A stretch of DNA of 57,228 nt, filler included, from Stramenopiles sp. TOSAG23-3 (taxonomy: Eukaryota): assembly GCA_900128585.1 (NCBI GenBank). It is 6 parts of 6 records of this genome, joined end to end, with 100 filler letters (N's around TTAATTAATTAA, not from the genome) between each part and the next. Parts side by side here need not be neighbours in the genome. Positions count along the whole stretch, not along the records: positions 17,146 to 34,190 come from LT642465.1; 5 more parts are not named here. One strand, given 5' to 3'. Under the pieces are notes generated by a model. The model ran no database searches. It had not been told where the DNA came from and saw nothing but the letters and a program-made list of their open reading frames with translations. This document shows, in pieces, positions 19,783 to 30,272 of the stretch. The position numbers and the translations under genes were made by a program. Position 1 is the stretch's first letter. Each line of letters starts with the position of its first letter.

Positions 19783-20739
19783 GCATATTACAATTTCCTT
19801 ATTACCTTAAAAAAAAAGAATTCTATAACCAATTTATAACTATATAATTATAATTATAACACTAGTAGATAATAGATAACTAATCGTTCTACTCTTTACT
19901 TCATCTTTTAGTTCTTTATTATTAGTTGTGAGTTAGGAGTTAGGGTTATTTTAGTGATTTTTGTGATTAATAATATTTTTTTAAATATTATTTATAATTA
20001 ATTAATATACAGGTATACAGCAGGAGGAATCAGGAAATGTATTCTTCTATATAGTAATTCATTTTATTATTTATATTTATAAATAAAGAAAAAGAAGATG
20101 GAGAAAGAAACCAAGGAACCACCGAAGAAAGAAGAAGATCCACCACCAATGAGAATAGTGATCATTTGATCATTAGATCATTTTGTTCGAAGAATAATTT
20201 TAATTAATTTTTAGATATTATTATCCAATGCTGTGATTATGTAATATTTTATTTATTTGATATATTTTCATGAAAAAGAAGAAAAAAAAGAAAAAGATGA
20301 AGAAGAAAGAAACAATAATTGATGGTTGTGAATTTCTTCTTTACATGCTGTGACCTGTTTTATATTTTATAAGTACAAATGTTTTTGTCCTCTTTTTTTT
20401 TCATTTTTGCATCATTCTTGGTTGACAATATTTATTATATATTATCCCTATGCTATGACCTGTAAGTGAAGCTTACTTGAACTTCTGTTATTTTTCTTCT
20501 TCTTCTCTTCTTCTTTCTATAATAATTATTATTAGAGCCAGTAGTTGGTGGTGGTGATAGTGGTAGTTGTTACATTTTATGGAAGTTTACGATTCAAAAC
20601 TGTTGTAAACTCAAAGTACTTTCTAAATTTGTTCAACGACAGTGTAAATCGAACAAAAGACACCAAAGTATTGTATTACGCGCCCCATCTTGACCACCAA
20701 AATTTTCCCCCAAAACCCTTTTTATAAACTACAAACAGA

Positions 20740-22653
20740 ATGCCCGGCTTAGCAAAACAGAACAGCAAGAACTCTTGGGCCCCCAACGTGGAACTTGGGA
20801 AGAACGATGGGGTCGCTTCCCCAGATGTTGTATCGTTATCCTCCCCACAAGTCAAGAAAGTAGGTGACCGAATGTATCACGTGGTATCTGACTACACCGA
20901 AACCCGCCAGCGAGAAAAAGATGGGACGCTCTCGGTGGAATACCGCTACAATATAAACTACGACCGGTGGAAGTCCATTGCGGCGGGGCTTTATTTGGAA
21001 TTTCTTGCCGGGCTGATTTATGCGTTTCCAGTTTACAGCGGTCGGCTCAAGTCCAGTATGAATCTGTCACAAGTAGGGCTATCAAACATTTCGACTGCGG
21101 GAACCATTGGTGGAAATTTTAGTATTGTTGCTGGAATTTTCTTGGACCAGCTTGGGCCAACTTGGACGTCCACCAGGGGCGCCAGGATAGCAAGCCTTGG
21201 GTTTTTCCTGATCTACCTGTGTACTGCAGGGCTGTTTCCAGTCGATGCGGTCCCTGTGCTGTTGGCCTGTTTTTACTTCATCGCCTACCAAGGGCTGACA
21301 TGGATGGACATGCCCACGGTCGCGGCCCAGGTGACCAATTTCCCGCACCAGAAAGGGCTTGCCGTGGGGCTCGTGAAGACTCAGTTCGGGCTTGCGGCCT
21401 CCGCGATCGTAATTTTGTCCGTCGGCTTCTTTGGTGGCGGTGGCAAGCTCAACGAGACCCCGTGGTGCAAAGGCACGGAGTTCCAGTCGCAACTGTTTAA
21501 TACGACATCATCAGAGACCGCCATCGAGACTTCCGGGGGGATCACATTGTTGCTGTTCTTCTCGTTGCTCTGCATTATCATAGGGTCAGTAGCGTCCCAT
21601 TTTCTGAAATATACTCCACCAACGTTCAACAATGGAATGCTTGGAAAAGGGGGCATGCGGAAAATGTACTTGAACTTTGGCTTTGTGGGGCTTGTAATGG
21701 CGTACTGCCTGGTGGTGTCCCTTGTAAAAATCGAATGGTACAAAACCGGGGAGATTCCGGAAGGAGCCGACCTTGGTTTTGCGATTGTGCAAGTATTCCT
21801 TTACCTGTTCCCGTTCTTTCTTCTGCTGCGGACGAAGCGCAGGAAAGGACAGACAGCAGGGGTGGCAGACAGCGGCGAGGCGCCAGAGGATTGGCTCCCA
21901 AAGAACTCTGATGCAGAAGACCTGGTCACTGAGGTGCCAAGTGACAACGAGGTGGTCGGTGCCACGGTCTCGTCCATGTACGACTTTTCGTTCAAAGAGG
22001 CTCTTCTTTCGATAGAATTTTGGTGCCTCTTCTTCATTTTCTTCGGGGGTACCGGCGCGGCCTATATGACCATCAACCAATTGACGCAAATCAATGTTGC
22101 ACTGGGTGGCACTGCTGCCGACAAAGCACTCGCCGTGGTCTTCGTCGGGTTGTTCAATTGTTTAGGGCGCATTGTGCTAGGGAACATACAAGACTTTACA
22201 GGGCGCTGCGGCCTTACGCGCCCGGCACTATGCGTATTTGTGATGTTCCTCATGGGGACTGGTCAGTTGATTTTGGCCGACGCCACCAGTCCACAGGATG
22301 TCGTCGTCGGGGTCGGCTTTACCGCGTTCGCCTTTGGGTCGACATGGTGCCTTATTGGGCCCACGACGTCCGACATCGTCGGGAAAAAAGCGTTTGGTAA
22401 GATCTTTTCTTCCGTGAGCATGGCTGCAATGGGAAGCACGGTCGTGTTCAACTCGCTGATTGCCGGCCCCAATTACCAGGCAGAGTTATCCAAGCAAGGA
22501 GAAAATTTGAAGAAGACATGCTGCGGGCCTCAATGTTACGAATCCGCACACACGACGGCGGCTATTGTATCGTTCTGTGTTGCGGTGGCACCCATGGTGC
22601 TCTGGTACCGGACCAGAACATACTACAAGAATTTGTATGCTGCAAATAAGTAA
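20740..22653 (+). CDS. Nodulin-like/NFD4/Mch1-type MFS transporter
   Basis: YAFPVYSGRLK...LSQ, NFPHQKGLAVGLVK..FGL, FSFKEALLSIEFW, FNCLGRI and terminal CCGPQCY..A are typical of this family. Confidence 0.9.
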   Translation: MPGLAKQNSKNSWAPNVELGKNDGVASPDVVSLSSPQVKKVGDRMYHVVSDYTETRQREKDGTLSVEYRYNINYDRWKSIAAGLYLEFLAGLIYAFPVYSGRLKSSMNLSQVGLSNISTAGTIGGNFSIVAGIFLDQLGPTWTSTRGARIASLGFFLIYLCTAGLFPVDAVPVLLACFYFIAYQGLTWMDMPTVAAQVTNFPHQKGLAVGLVKTQFGLAASAIVILSVGFFGGGGKLNETPWCKGTEFQSQLFNTTSSETAIETSGGITLLLFFSLLCIIIGSVASHFLKYTPPTFNNGMLGKGGMRKMYLNFGFVGLVMAYCLVVSLVKIEWYKTGEIPEGADLGFAIVQVFLYLFPFFLLLRTKRRKGQTAGVADSGEAPEDWLPKNSDAEDLVTEVPSDNEVVGATVSSMYDFSFKEALLSIEFWCLFFIFFGGTGAAYMTINQLTQINVALGGTAADKALAVVFVGLFNCLGRIVLGNIQDFTGRCGLTRPALCVFVMFLMGTGQLILADATSPQDVVVGVGFTAFAFGSTWCLIGPTTSDIVGKKAFGKIFSSVSMAAMGSTVVFNSLIAGPNYQAELSKQGENLKKTCCGPQCYESAHTTAAIVSFCVAVAPMVLWYRTRTYYKNLYAANK

Positions 22654-23474
22654 TGCTGCTGGATCAGACCTATGCTGCCAAACACTTGCCGGGCTACTCG
22701 CTGCGGCGTCCAGGGGCTAAGTGTGGGTATCGTAGGGAGTGTCGTCGGGATCGAATAAGTATTACGAAATTCATAAAGCCGCCATTACTCCTATATGTAA
22801 AGTAAAACACAGCAGAAATGTTTTTATTACTTTTCTTACGGACGCGGACATAGTTTATTTATATAATAATCCCTCTAAAATCTATATAGACAATATCCTT
22901 AATTGTAGGAGGTGGTGGCTTCTTCTTCTTCATTATATTTAATTCTTTCTTCTTCATCATCATCATTCTTTCTTCTTTCTCTATTATAACCGTATATAAT
23001 ATTATCATACAATTAAAAAAGAAGAAAGAAGAAGAAAAGAAGAAAGAAAGAAGAGAAAAAAACATAAATAATAATAATTTAGATTATAATATATTATAGT
23101 TATAGGGTTAAGTAGAGGAGAAGGAGAGAGAAGAGGAGTACAGGTAGGTACAACTGTTTTTTTATTTATTATAGTAGTAGTAGTAGTAGTAAGAAGTTTT
23201 TTTTTATTTAAATTAATTTTATTATTATTATTAGTGAAACAAAAATAAAAAAAGGAAAAAAAGGAGAACCTGTTTTGTTAATGGTGTGTTTTTAAGTTTT
23301 GACGTAAAAAGAAGAGTAATGCCATGCCCATGTATATTTCAAAACAACCATGGCACGCGTTTAGATGTAGAACGGTTCGTTTCGATACCTATGTAATAAA
23401 AAAGAGTACTTTTTCGGGATATGACAGTTTAGAAGGAGGAGGGCCTTGTAGTTTGAATTTGTCTTCCAAGAAAA

Positions 23475-25517
23475 ATGGGCAACGGGCAGTCGAGCGCCGT
23501 GCTGGAACGTGGGTTTACGTTTGGAGTTTCTTTCTGCTATTTGGGTGCTTTTTCTTCCATGTACTGCCAAATAAATGGCTTGCAGTCTCCGAATGGCATC
23601 ATTCCGAGGCGATCGTCCGGCACGACCGCTACCGCACTGCCATGGTATTTTTGGCCATTTGGCGCCAGGCCGGACCTTGGGTGCGACGTGCTCTGTTTGT
23701 CTGGAATTTTCCTTTCCGCACTGGGAATTGTTGACCGGAGGGCTCGGACGAAGGTCGACCTCACGTTGCTGTGGTATTTTTACCTTCAGATGCGGCCGGA
23801 GGATCCTCCATTGTTGAATGACGCTGGGTTTGTAGCACTCGTGGTGGCACCGTTGACCCGCAGCCGCACGTACACTCAATTGGCCCGGTGGTCCTCCAAC
23901 CTCGGGTTAGCACTTGGTCGGTGGTTACTGTTTGTTTTGATGTTCGAAAGTGGGGTAGGGAAGGTCCTCGGTGGGTCCCCTGCGTGGTGGAATTTAACGG
24001 CGGCGGCAGAACACCTCGTGACACAGCCATTTCCGTCCTCACTGGGATGTTGGTTGCATGGTAAAATACCGCCCCATGTCAATAGGTTTCTCACAGCATT
24101 CGTGTTGTTTTCGGAAACCATCGTTCCAATCCTGTTCCTTTACCCCTTTCAAATGCTTCCTCGTTTGAGACAGGCTGCGTTTGTATCTCAAGTGATGTTG
24201 CAAACGGGCATTCAGGCCGTGGGAAGTTTTGGATTTCTGAATAGCTTAACGTGCGCGTTGTCGCTCTGTTTATTGCCGACCTCCCGGCCCCCGAAGGGCG
24301 CAGCAGTTGCCTTCCTTACCCGGTGCTCCGAGCTGGTGGTCAGCTTGGTACTGCTGTCTACAGGTTACCGCATCTCAATGGGGCGGGTGGGGCCGACGCA
24401 GGCCATTTCTTACATTCGGTGGGCCGTAGACGCTGCCATAGCCCTTACGGCACTTGAGATGTCTGCTATAGCAGGGAAGATTGTTCAGGAGTGCGGGCCG
24501 CAAGGCACGGCGCCGTGGTATTTCAAAGTTTCCGCACTGCTCGATGTCGGAGCAGCCGTTCTCTTTTTTACATCGTCCTGTGTGGCGAGTACATCCTTGA
24601 TCGGTTCGATTCTTCATGCCAATCCAACGGTGGACTCGGACAGCGTTTTTTACGAACTAGGGAATTTCAAACAATGGCTGGTTTGGCATTGGCACCCAGC
24701 CCTGGTACAAGTGACAGCTGCGTTGAAGCATCAATTCAAATTACTGTCAGGATATGCTCTGTTTGGTCGGATGACTGGAGCCAAAAGACGGGACTGCGCG
24801 AGTTTTGGTCTCCCCTCCAACTGTGCGAGTAACGGTCGGGCTGAGTTAATTATCGAAGCATCCGTCACTGAGAAGTCGTTTGGGGAGCATACTGCGCAGG
24901 TATTTCAGGAAATACCATTTAAGTTTAAAATAGGCAACGCTTGGAATGGGATTGTTGCCCCCCATCACCCCATCCTCGAGTACCAGCTGTGGCTCGCGAC
25001 GCAACGTTATTTTCACGACCTCGTGCCCTTTCCCGAATGGCTCGTTACCCTGATGCTGGGGATTCTAAAAAACAACGAGGAGATAATCAATCTATTAGAC
25101 CGAAAGAAGTTCAAGCAGCGGTTTCCCAAGACTGCGCTGCCGAAAACAATTCGGGCAGTGCTCTACGTATACAGGCACACTGGCAACGCCACCACCGTGC
25201 CCGAGCGGCGGTGGGAACGCCATCGGATAGAGGTGCTTCCTTCTTTGCACGCCCGGGATATCCCGAGACAGATCGCTGCGCCGCCACCCTCCTTCCCCCC
25301 TGGGGCTTTAACGAGAGCAGTTTTGTGGTTGAGGGGCTTTCTATCAAGACCCTCCCATACTAGATTCGTTTGGGGCAGCGTTCTTGTTACAGTTTTGTTA
25401 AAGTGGCTGACGTACCATCGTCAGAGGGGTCAGCTACTCTTGCGCACTCGTTGGATTGTTTTGGCAGCCCTCTATTACTTGGTGTCTAGGGAGCAGAAAT
25501 CGGGGCGGTCTGGGTGA
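23475..25517 (+). CDS. Lipase maturation factor (LMF1/LMF2) family membrane protein, divergent
   Basis: YLGAFSSMYCQINGL...GIIP, RWLLFVLMFESGVGK, WWNLTA...TQPFP, YALFGRMTG...GRAELIIE, EIPFKFK and APHHP..YQLW. Confidence 0.85.
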   Translation: MGNGQSSAVLERGFTFGVSFCYLGAFSSMYCQINGLQSPNGIIPRRSSGTTATALPWYFWPFGARPDLGCDVLCLSGIFLSALGIVDRRARTKVDLTLLWYFYLQMRPEDPPLLNDAGFVALVVAPLTRSRTYTQLARWSSNLGLALGRWLLFVLMFESGVGKVLGGSPAWWNLTAAAEHLVTQPFPSSLGCWLHGKIPPHVNRFLTAFVLFSETIVPILFLYPFQMLPRLRQAAFVSQVMLQTGIQAVGSFGFLNSLTCALSLCLLPTSRPPKGAAVAFLTRCSELVVSLVLLSTGYRISMGRVGPTQAISYIRWAVDAAIALTALEMSAIAGKIVQECGPQGTAPWYFKVSALLDVGAAVLFFTSSCVASTSLIGSILHANPTVDSDSVFYELGNFKQWLVWHWHPALVQVTAALKHQFKLLSGYALFGRMTGAKRRDCASFGLPSNCASNGRAELIIEASVTEKSFGEHTAQVFQEIPFKFKIGNAWNGIVAPHHPILEYQLWLATQRYFHDLVPFPEWLVTLMLGILKNNEEIINLLDRKKFKQRFPKTALPKTIRAVLYVYRHTGNATTVPERRWERHRIEVLPSLHARDIPRQIAAPPPSFPPGALTRAVLWLRGFLSRPSHTRFVWGSVLVTVLLKWLTYHRQRGQLLLRTRWIVLAALYYLVSREQKSGRSG

Positions 25518-25525
25518 AAAATGAT

Positions 25526-25671
25526 GATATTCGAGTTACGCGGGAAACCTAAAGAAAATGTATCTTACTGTGGGTTAACTAACAAGAAATACTTGCGCGA
25601 TATTCGAGTTACGCGGGAAACCTAAAGAAAATGTATCTTACTGTGGGTTAACTAACAAGAAATACTTGCGC
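25526..25671. repeat. Perfect 73-bp tandem duplication (2 copies)
   Basis: 25526-25598 is identical to 25599-25671 (GATATTCGAG...ACTTGCGC). Confidence 0.97.
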
Positions 25672-26778
25672 TGTGGAAAACATATTGTCTTTGTTGTTGA
25701 AAAGCAAATATATATATAATAAATGTGTTTGTATGTTACATATTTTATCAATATCTCTATAACATATACACTATATAATTTGTTTTTTCAATATCATATC
25801 TCTATATAATTTGATTTTTTTAAGCCTCAAACAATCTTGTCGTTTGGCAATATCAGAATATTTTTTCGTATTCTGGACAAAGGAGGAGTTTGGGTTCTTG
25901 AACGGTTTTACCTTCTTTTTTGATCGTGTTAAAACAAACATCACAAAATACCCTGTAATGGTTTTGCTGAAAGAAAGCAACGAGGACGAGGAGGACGAGG
26001 ACACCATCCGCTTCTTCATGAAATCAAGCAACCCAGGCGAGATCTTGCTTCGCTGGATATTACCAAGTATTAATGGAAGAAATCCTACACTATTGAGATG
26101 TAATTAAAATTACACTAATGATTTCGTTTATTATACTACTAATTCTATTTTTTACAAGAAGAGGCCAATAATCCCTATATAAGAAATAAGATAGATATTA
26201 ATACCACAATGGCATTATGGATTTTATTATTTTCTTCTTCTTTTTAATTATTATTATTTACTCTACGTAGTCTACCTACCTTCCTTTTTTTTTAAATTTT
26301 TGTTGAAGTAGTATAACTATATATATAATAATACTAAATATTAATATTAATACAGAGTATATAGTGTATATATGTATATTACGATCACATTCACTTTTAT
26401 TACCCTTTTGCTTTTAACTTAAAACTATTTATTTTAAATTATAAGTACCGGTACCTATTATCCTATTATATCTACAAAATGACAAAAGGAAGCGCGACGA
26501 AGAAGAGGAAGAATACTAAAGAAAAGAAGGGGCAGGCAGGGCGGCGATTTTTTGTTGTTATTGTTGATGATTTGAAACTGAAGAAAAAAATGAAAATATA
26601 GTAGAATTTTTTTGTAAGAAGGACTGGCTTTAAATTATAAAACATCTTTCTTCTTCTTTTTTTCTTCTTAGTAAGTTTGTGTTTTTTTATTATTATTTAT
26701 TAGTAGAGATAGAATATTTTAATATAGTGCTTCAGCTTCCTTCTTATCTGTTTAGTTTTTGACTGAAAGCTAACGATC

Positions 26779-29700
26779 ATGACTTATCCAAAGACGAATA
26801 AAAACGGTTTCAGCGGTGAAGAGAGCAGCGGTGTTGCTTATTTTTTTGCGCTTGCTGTGTTCGGGCTCATGGTTGGTGGTTTATCCATAGGCCCTGATAT
26901 GGAAAGGTGTAAACATAATGACACCTTCAAGTGTTATGAATACTTGATCAGTGCTGTGCCTGGTTTTTTGATAGCCATCAATGTATGTGGTCTATTATCC
27001 CTCGTTTTCCTCGAGCTGTCTTTGCACACATTTCGGCAAAGGGAGGCCATAAGAAATCACGAGGACGTTCGGATAGGACGCTCTTTGCCGTATTGTAGTC
27101 GCACTCGGAAAATTGGGTTGATGTTTTTTCTTCTTGGGGTATTAATCTCTTTTTCTATCCCACTTCCGCCGGTTTCGAATGAAGGAATGCTCATGCGGAA
27201 GTTATCACGTGGGCGTTCAGTTGTTGCAGATGGGCCACTTTCGAGAAACCTGCGTCAAGGGCAAAGAGGTGATGCAAGGTCGTTGAATGTCCCCCTTACA
27301 TCTCCGAGGGGACGAAAACTATCCGGACCACAAGTGCGAGCTCGGGAATCGAATATTGTACCTGGAGTTAAATTTACACCGTTAGTTCAGTTCGATGGTA
27401 CATGGTACCCCATCTGTAGGTACGGCTTCGTACAGAACTCGTCCGGTGCCACCAAGGTCTGCCAAAAGCTTGGGTATAACATTGGTGTCCCCACATGGGA
27501 TGATGAGGATAGTGATCCGATGGCCATGCCCATAGGTGAGTGCGGAAACGGCCAAGATCTTGACAAGTGTGAATTTCAGGGCGTAAATCAATGGGGGAAG
27601 GTGAATGACAGTTTGTGCTATTTTCCGAATGAAGAAGGCAGCAATATTGCTCGTGTAACTTGCGCGCAAAGTTTGGGAGACTCCTGTGGAGAAAGTCGAT
27701 TTATAACTAATTGTGCAGATCATGATATATGTTGCAGCTTTTGTCCTGAATATCATTCTCCCATGATACATGATGCATGTTCCGAGCACGATTACTTTTA
27801 TAATCGCACAAACTGCCTCACCGGGACTGACCGGTGCTTGCCATGCAGCCTCGCGCTAAACGCAAGCACAGCAGGAAATATATGTGAAGAACATTTTGAA
27901 AAGTGCCGTTCAGTTTGCGAAAGTGAAGATGAAAATGATGAAGGACAGAGTTGTTTATTTTCGCTTATATTCTTTAAGGGTGCCTGCTCGGGGCCAATCA
28001 ATAAAAGTAGCATTCGATGGATGGCATTTTTTGCAGGGTTAGCCCATTACATGGGCTTCGTAGTTATATTTAACGATCTTGGGCGCTGGAGGGCATTATT
28101 TGATCCATCACGAAGCCAGATTATCTCACGGCGTATGGACAATGGGGAAGAAGAGCAAGGTATTTATACTGAAGCTGAAAGAGATTGTGCTTGGGTGTAC
28201 GAGAAATATGCTCTATTTGTGTCCACAATGGTTTTGCCTGCACTTGCGTTTACTCTTATTGGTTTATGGGGATCAGCCGTAGAGCATCTACACTCTATGG
28301 AGGGTATGGTGATTGCAATAATTGTATTCGTGCTAAATTCATTGGCATGCCTTGAATCATCGTTGTATGTCATTCGCAACAAAGGCAGCTTCTGCAGTCG
28401 CAAGCGGCTAATAGGATTTAGTCTTATTGTCATCGGGTTGATAGGATTTATTTTTGTAGACCTGTTTATCAACGACTTATCAATGGTTGTGATGCAGGGG
28501 CCACGAAAGTTGAAAATGATAAGATCCACTAGTGCAAACTTTGTGTCCACGCTGACAAACAAAGACCATAAAGTGATTCAGACAATAAAAGAGAAGTCAA
28601 AGCCCCAAACCCCTGCTAGAAGTAGAAAACTGTCTGGTGGAAATGGACCGCTTGTCCGAGGACGTGATATATACTCTGTAAAACCAGGAAAGGAGTTTTT
28701 GCCCGAAGTACTGTTTAACAGCTCGTGGTACCCTATCTGCCCTCATGGTTTCAAAGATAATTGGTATGGCGCAACGCAGATCTGCAAAAAGCTCGGTTTT
28801 GATGTTGGCGTGGCGGAAGACAAATATGAACACCAAGACGACGGTCCCATGGGCATGCTCATAGGCAAGTGTGAAGACGGCCAAGACTTGGACAAATGCA
28901 AATTCCAAGGAATCAACCGATGGGGGGAGACGGACGGAACTCTGTGCAGTAATGATAATTTTGCTTATGTGACTTGCTTCTCAGAGCTTAGAGATGCCTG
29001 TAAGAAAGATTACTATTTGTCTGATTGTGGTGAAAGTGGAAAATGTTGCAAAGAGTGCCCTGATAGTTACTTTTGCGGGGAGACCAGTTTTTATGATCGG
29101 GACAAATGTGTTGGTGATTCTGAACCTAGTGATGCATGCGCGCCATGCCCTCTTGTCGACAATGCAGAGTTTACGAAGGATCATAGCGGTGAGCATGATC
29201 CGTGTAGGCAGCAGTGTAAAAAAGGATTCAACTTTTGGCAGCAAGACCCGGTTTCTTTAGCTGAAATTCATGACGGACACGAACCAATTGTTTGCATGGA
29301 GGAAAATATTGTAGCAGATGAAAGTGTTGTTTGCGCGCTGATTGGCATTGCATTATTGGCAAATACGGTCGGCTTCTTTCTCATTTGGAAAAGCATTGCG
29401 CCTTGGAAAAAGTTTATGCTCTCCTGGATGGTAAAAGCCAAAATCCCAGAAGTGTCCCCAGCAATGGAAAAGGTAGAGAAGGAGAGATCTTCGATCGAGT
29501 TGGCAGTGGTAGATAAATCGTCTGAAAACCCATTTGTTTCGGCATTGAAACAATTGAAGGAAGCGAAGGATGCAGGGCTTCTTTCTGAAGCTGAATTTCA
29601 GAGTGCAAAAGAGCAAATGCTCTCAAATTTTACAGGGAAATCTTCCAGTGTATCGAACCCAAAAATATTCCCATCCCAGAGAGTCCATGAACCTGCTTTC

Positions 29701-29877
29701 TTACCGAATACCCAGAGCGGAGTGGCTAGTACACCTGCTCCCCCACCAAACATTCAGAACTTAGTGGATAAACCTAGCGCGGGCCCTATTACAATGAACT
29801 TTACAGTACCTAGTCATGGCAATCAGACAGCGGTACAAAATTCAATTATTGAGAATGCAAGGAATGTTGGTAAGTAG
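26779..29877 (+). CDS. Multipass membrane protein with two SRCR-like Cys-rich modules and a C-terminal SHOCT domain
   Basis: Internal duplication: WYPICRYGF..GATKVCQKLGY and WYPICPHGF..GATQICKKLGF. About 8 hydrophobic helices. ALKQLKEAKDAGLLSEAEFQSAKEQML fits the SHOCT pattern. Confidence 0.8.
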   Translation: MTYPKTNKNGFSGEESSGVAYFFALAVFGLMVGGLSIGPDMERCKHNDTFKCYEYLISAVPGFLIAINVCGLLSLVFLELSLHTFRQREAIRNHEDVRIGRSLPYCSRTRKIGLMFFLLGVLISFSIPLPPVSNEGMLMRKLSRGRSVVADGPLSRNLRQGQRGDARSLNVPLTSPRGRKLSGPQVRARESNIVPGVKFTPLVQFDGTWYPICRYGFVQNSSGATKVCQKLGYNIGVPTWDDEDSDPMAMPIGECGNGQDLDKCEFQGVNQWGKVNDSLCYFPNEEGSNIARVTCAQSLGDSCGESRFITNCADHDICCSFCPEYHSPMIHDACSEHDYFYNRTNCLTGTDRCLPCSLALNASTAGNICEEHFEKCRSVCESEDENDEGQSCLFSLIFFKGACSGPINKSSIRWMAFFAGLAHYMGFVVIFNDLGRWRALFDPSRSQIISRRMDNGEEEQGIYTEAERDCAWVYEKYALFVSTMVLPALAFTLIGLWGSAVEHLHSMEGMVIAIIVFVLNSLACLESSLYVIRNKGSFCSRKRLIGFSLIVIGLIGFIFVDLFINDLSMVVMQGPRKLKMIRSTSANFVSTLTNKDHKVIQTIKEKSKPQTPARSRKLSGGNGPLVRGRDIYSVKPGKEFLPEVLFNSSWYPICPHGFKDNWYGATQICKKLGFDVGVAEDKYEHQDDGPMGMLIGKCEDGQDLDKCKFQGINRWGETDGTLCSNDNFAYVTCFSELRDACKKDYYLSDCGESGKCCKECPDSYFCGETSFYDRDKCVGDSEPSDACAPCPLVDNAEFTKDHSGEHDPCRQQCKKGFNFWQQDPVSLAEIHDGHEPIVCMEENIVADESVVCALIGIALLANTVGFFLIWKSIAPWKKFMLSWMVKAKIPEVSPAMEKVEKERSSIELAVVDKSSENPFVSALKQLKEAKDAGLLSEAEFQSAKEQMLSNFTGKSSSVSNPKIFPSQRVHEPAFLPNTQSGVASTPAPPPNIQNLVDKPSAGPITMNFTVPSHGNQTAVQNSIIENARNVGK

Positions 29878-30272
29878 TTTTCACGATGAAATAAAATTAT
29901 TGTGAGCACTGCGTAGTAAACAGCAAGGATTATATTAAAAAATTATAATATGATAAGAAGAAACCACCAAAAAAAATAACATTATTTTACTATCATATCA
30001 AAAAAACAAGAAAATTGGCTGTTATTTAATTTTACTATCTATCATCATATATATGCATAATATAATTTTTTTTTAGAAATATTATTAAATAAAATATATT
30101 TGATTATTACGTATGCATATATTATAATCATTTTTTCTGGCTTTCGCAAATTCCACAGGAGACCGGGAAGTTAGGAAACGATGGACCGCACTGGTTCGTC
30201 AAATCACAACGAACGCGGGCGGTGCCTTCGTCTTCCCTTCTTCCGTCTTGCCTTGCGCAAAAATATTCACGT

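Noticed and set aside
19512..19847. Four overlapping poly-F/S/L/K ORFs
   Set aside because: All arise from the stop-free CTT tract.
19930..19948. Telomere-like TTAGGAGTTAGGG
   Set aside because: Only one true TTAGGG, internal, not an array.
25526..25671. Possible CRISPR array
   Set aside because: Two abutting 73-bp copies, no spacers, no cas genes, eukaryotic context.
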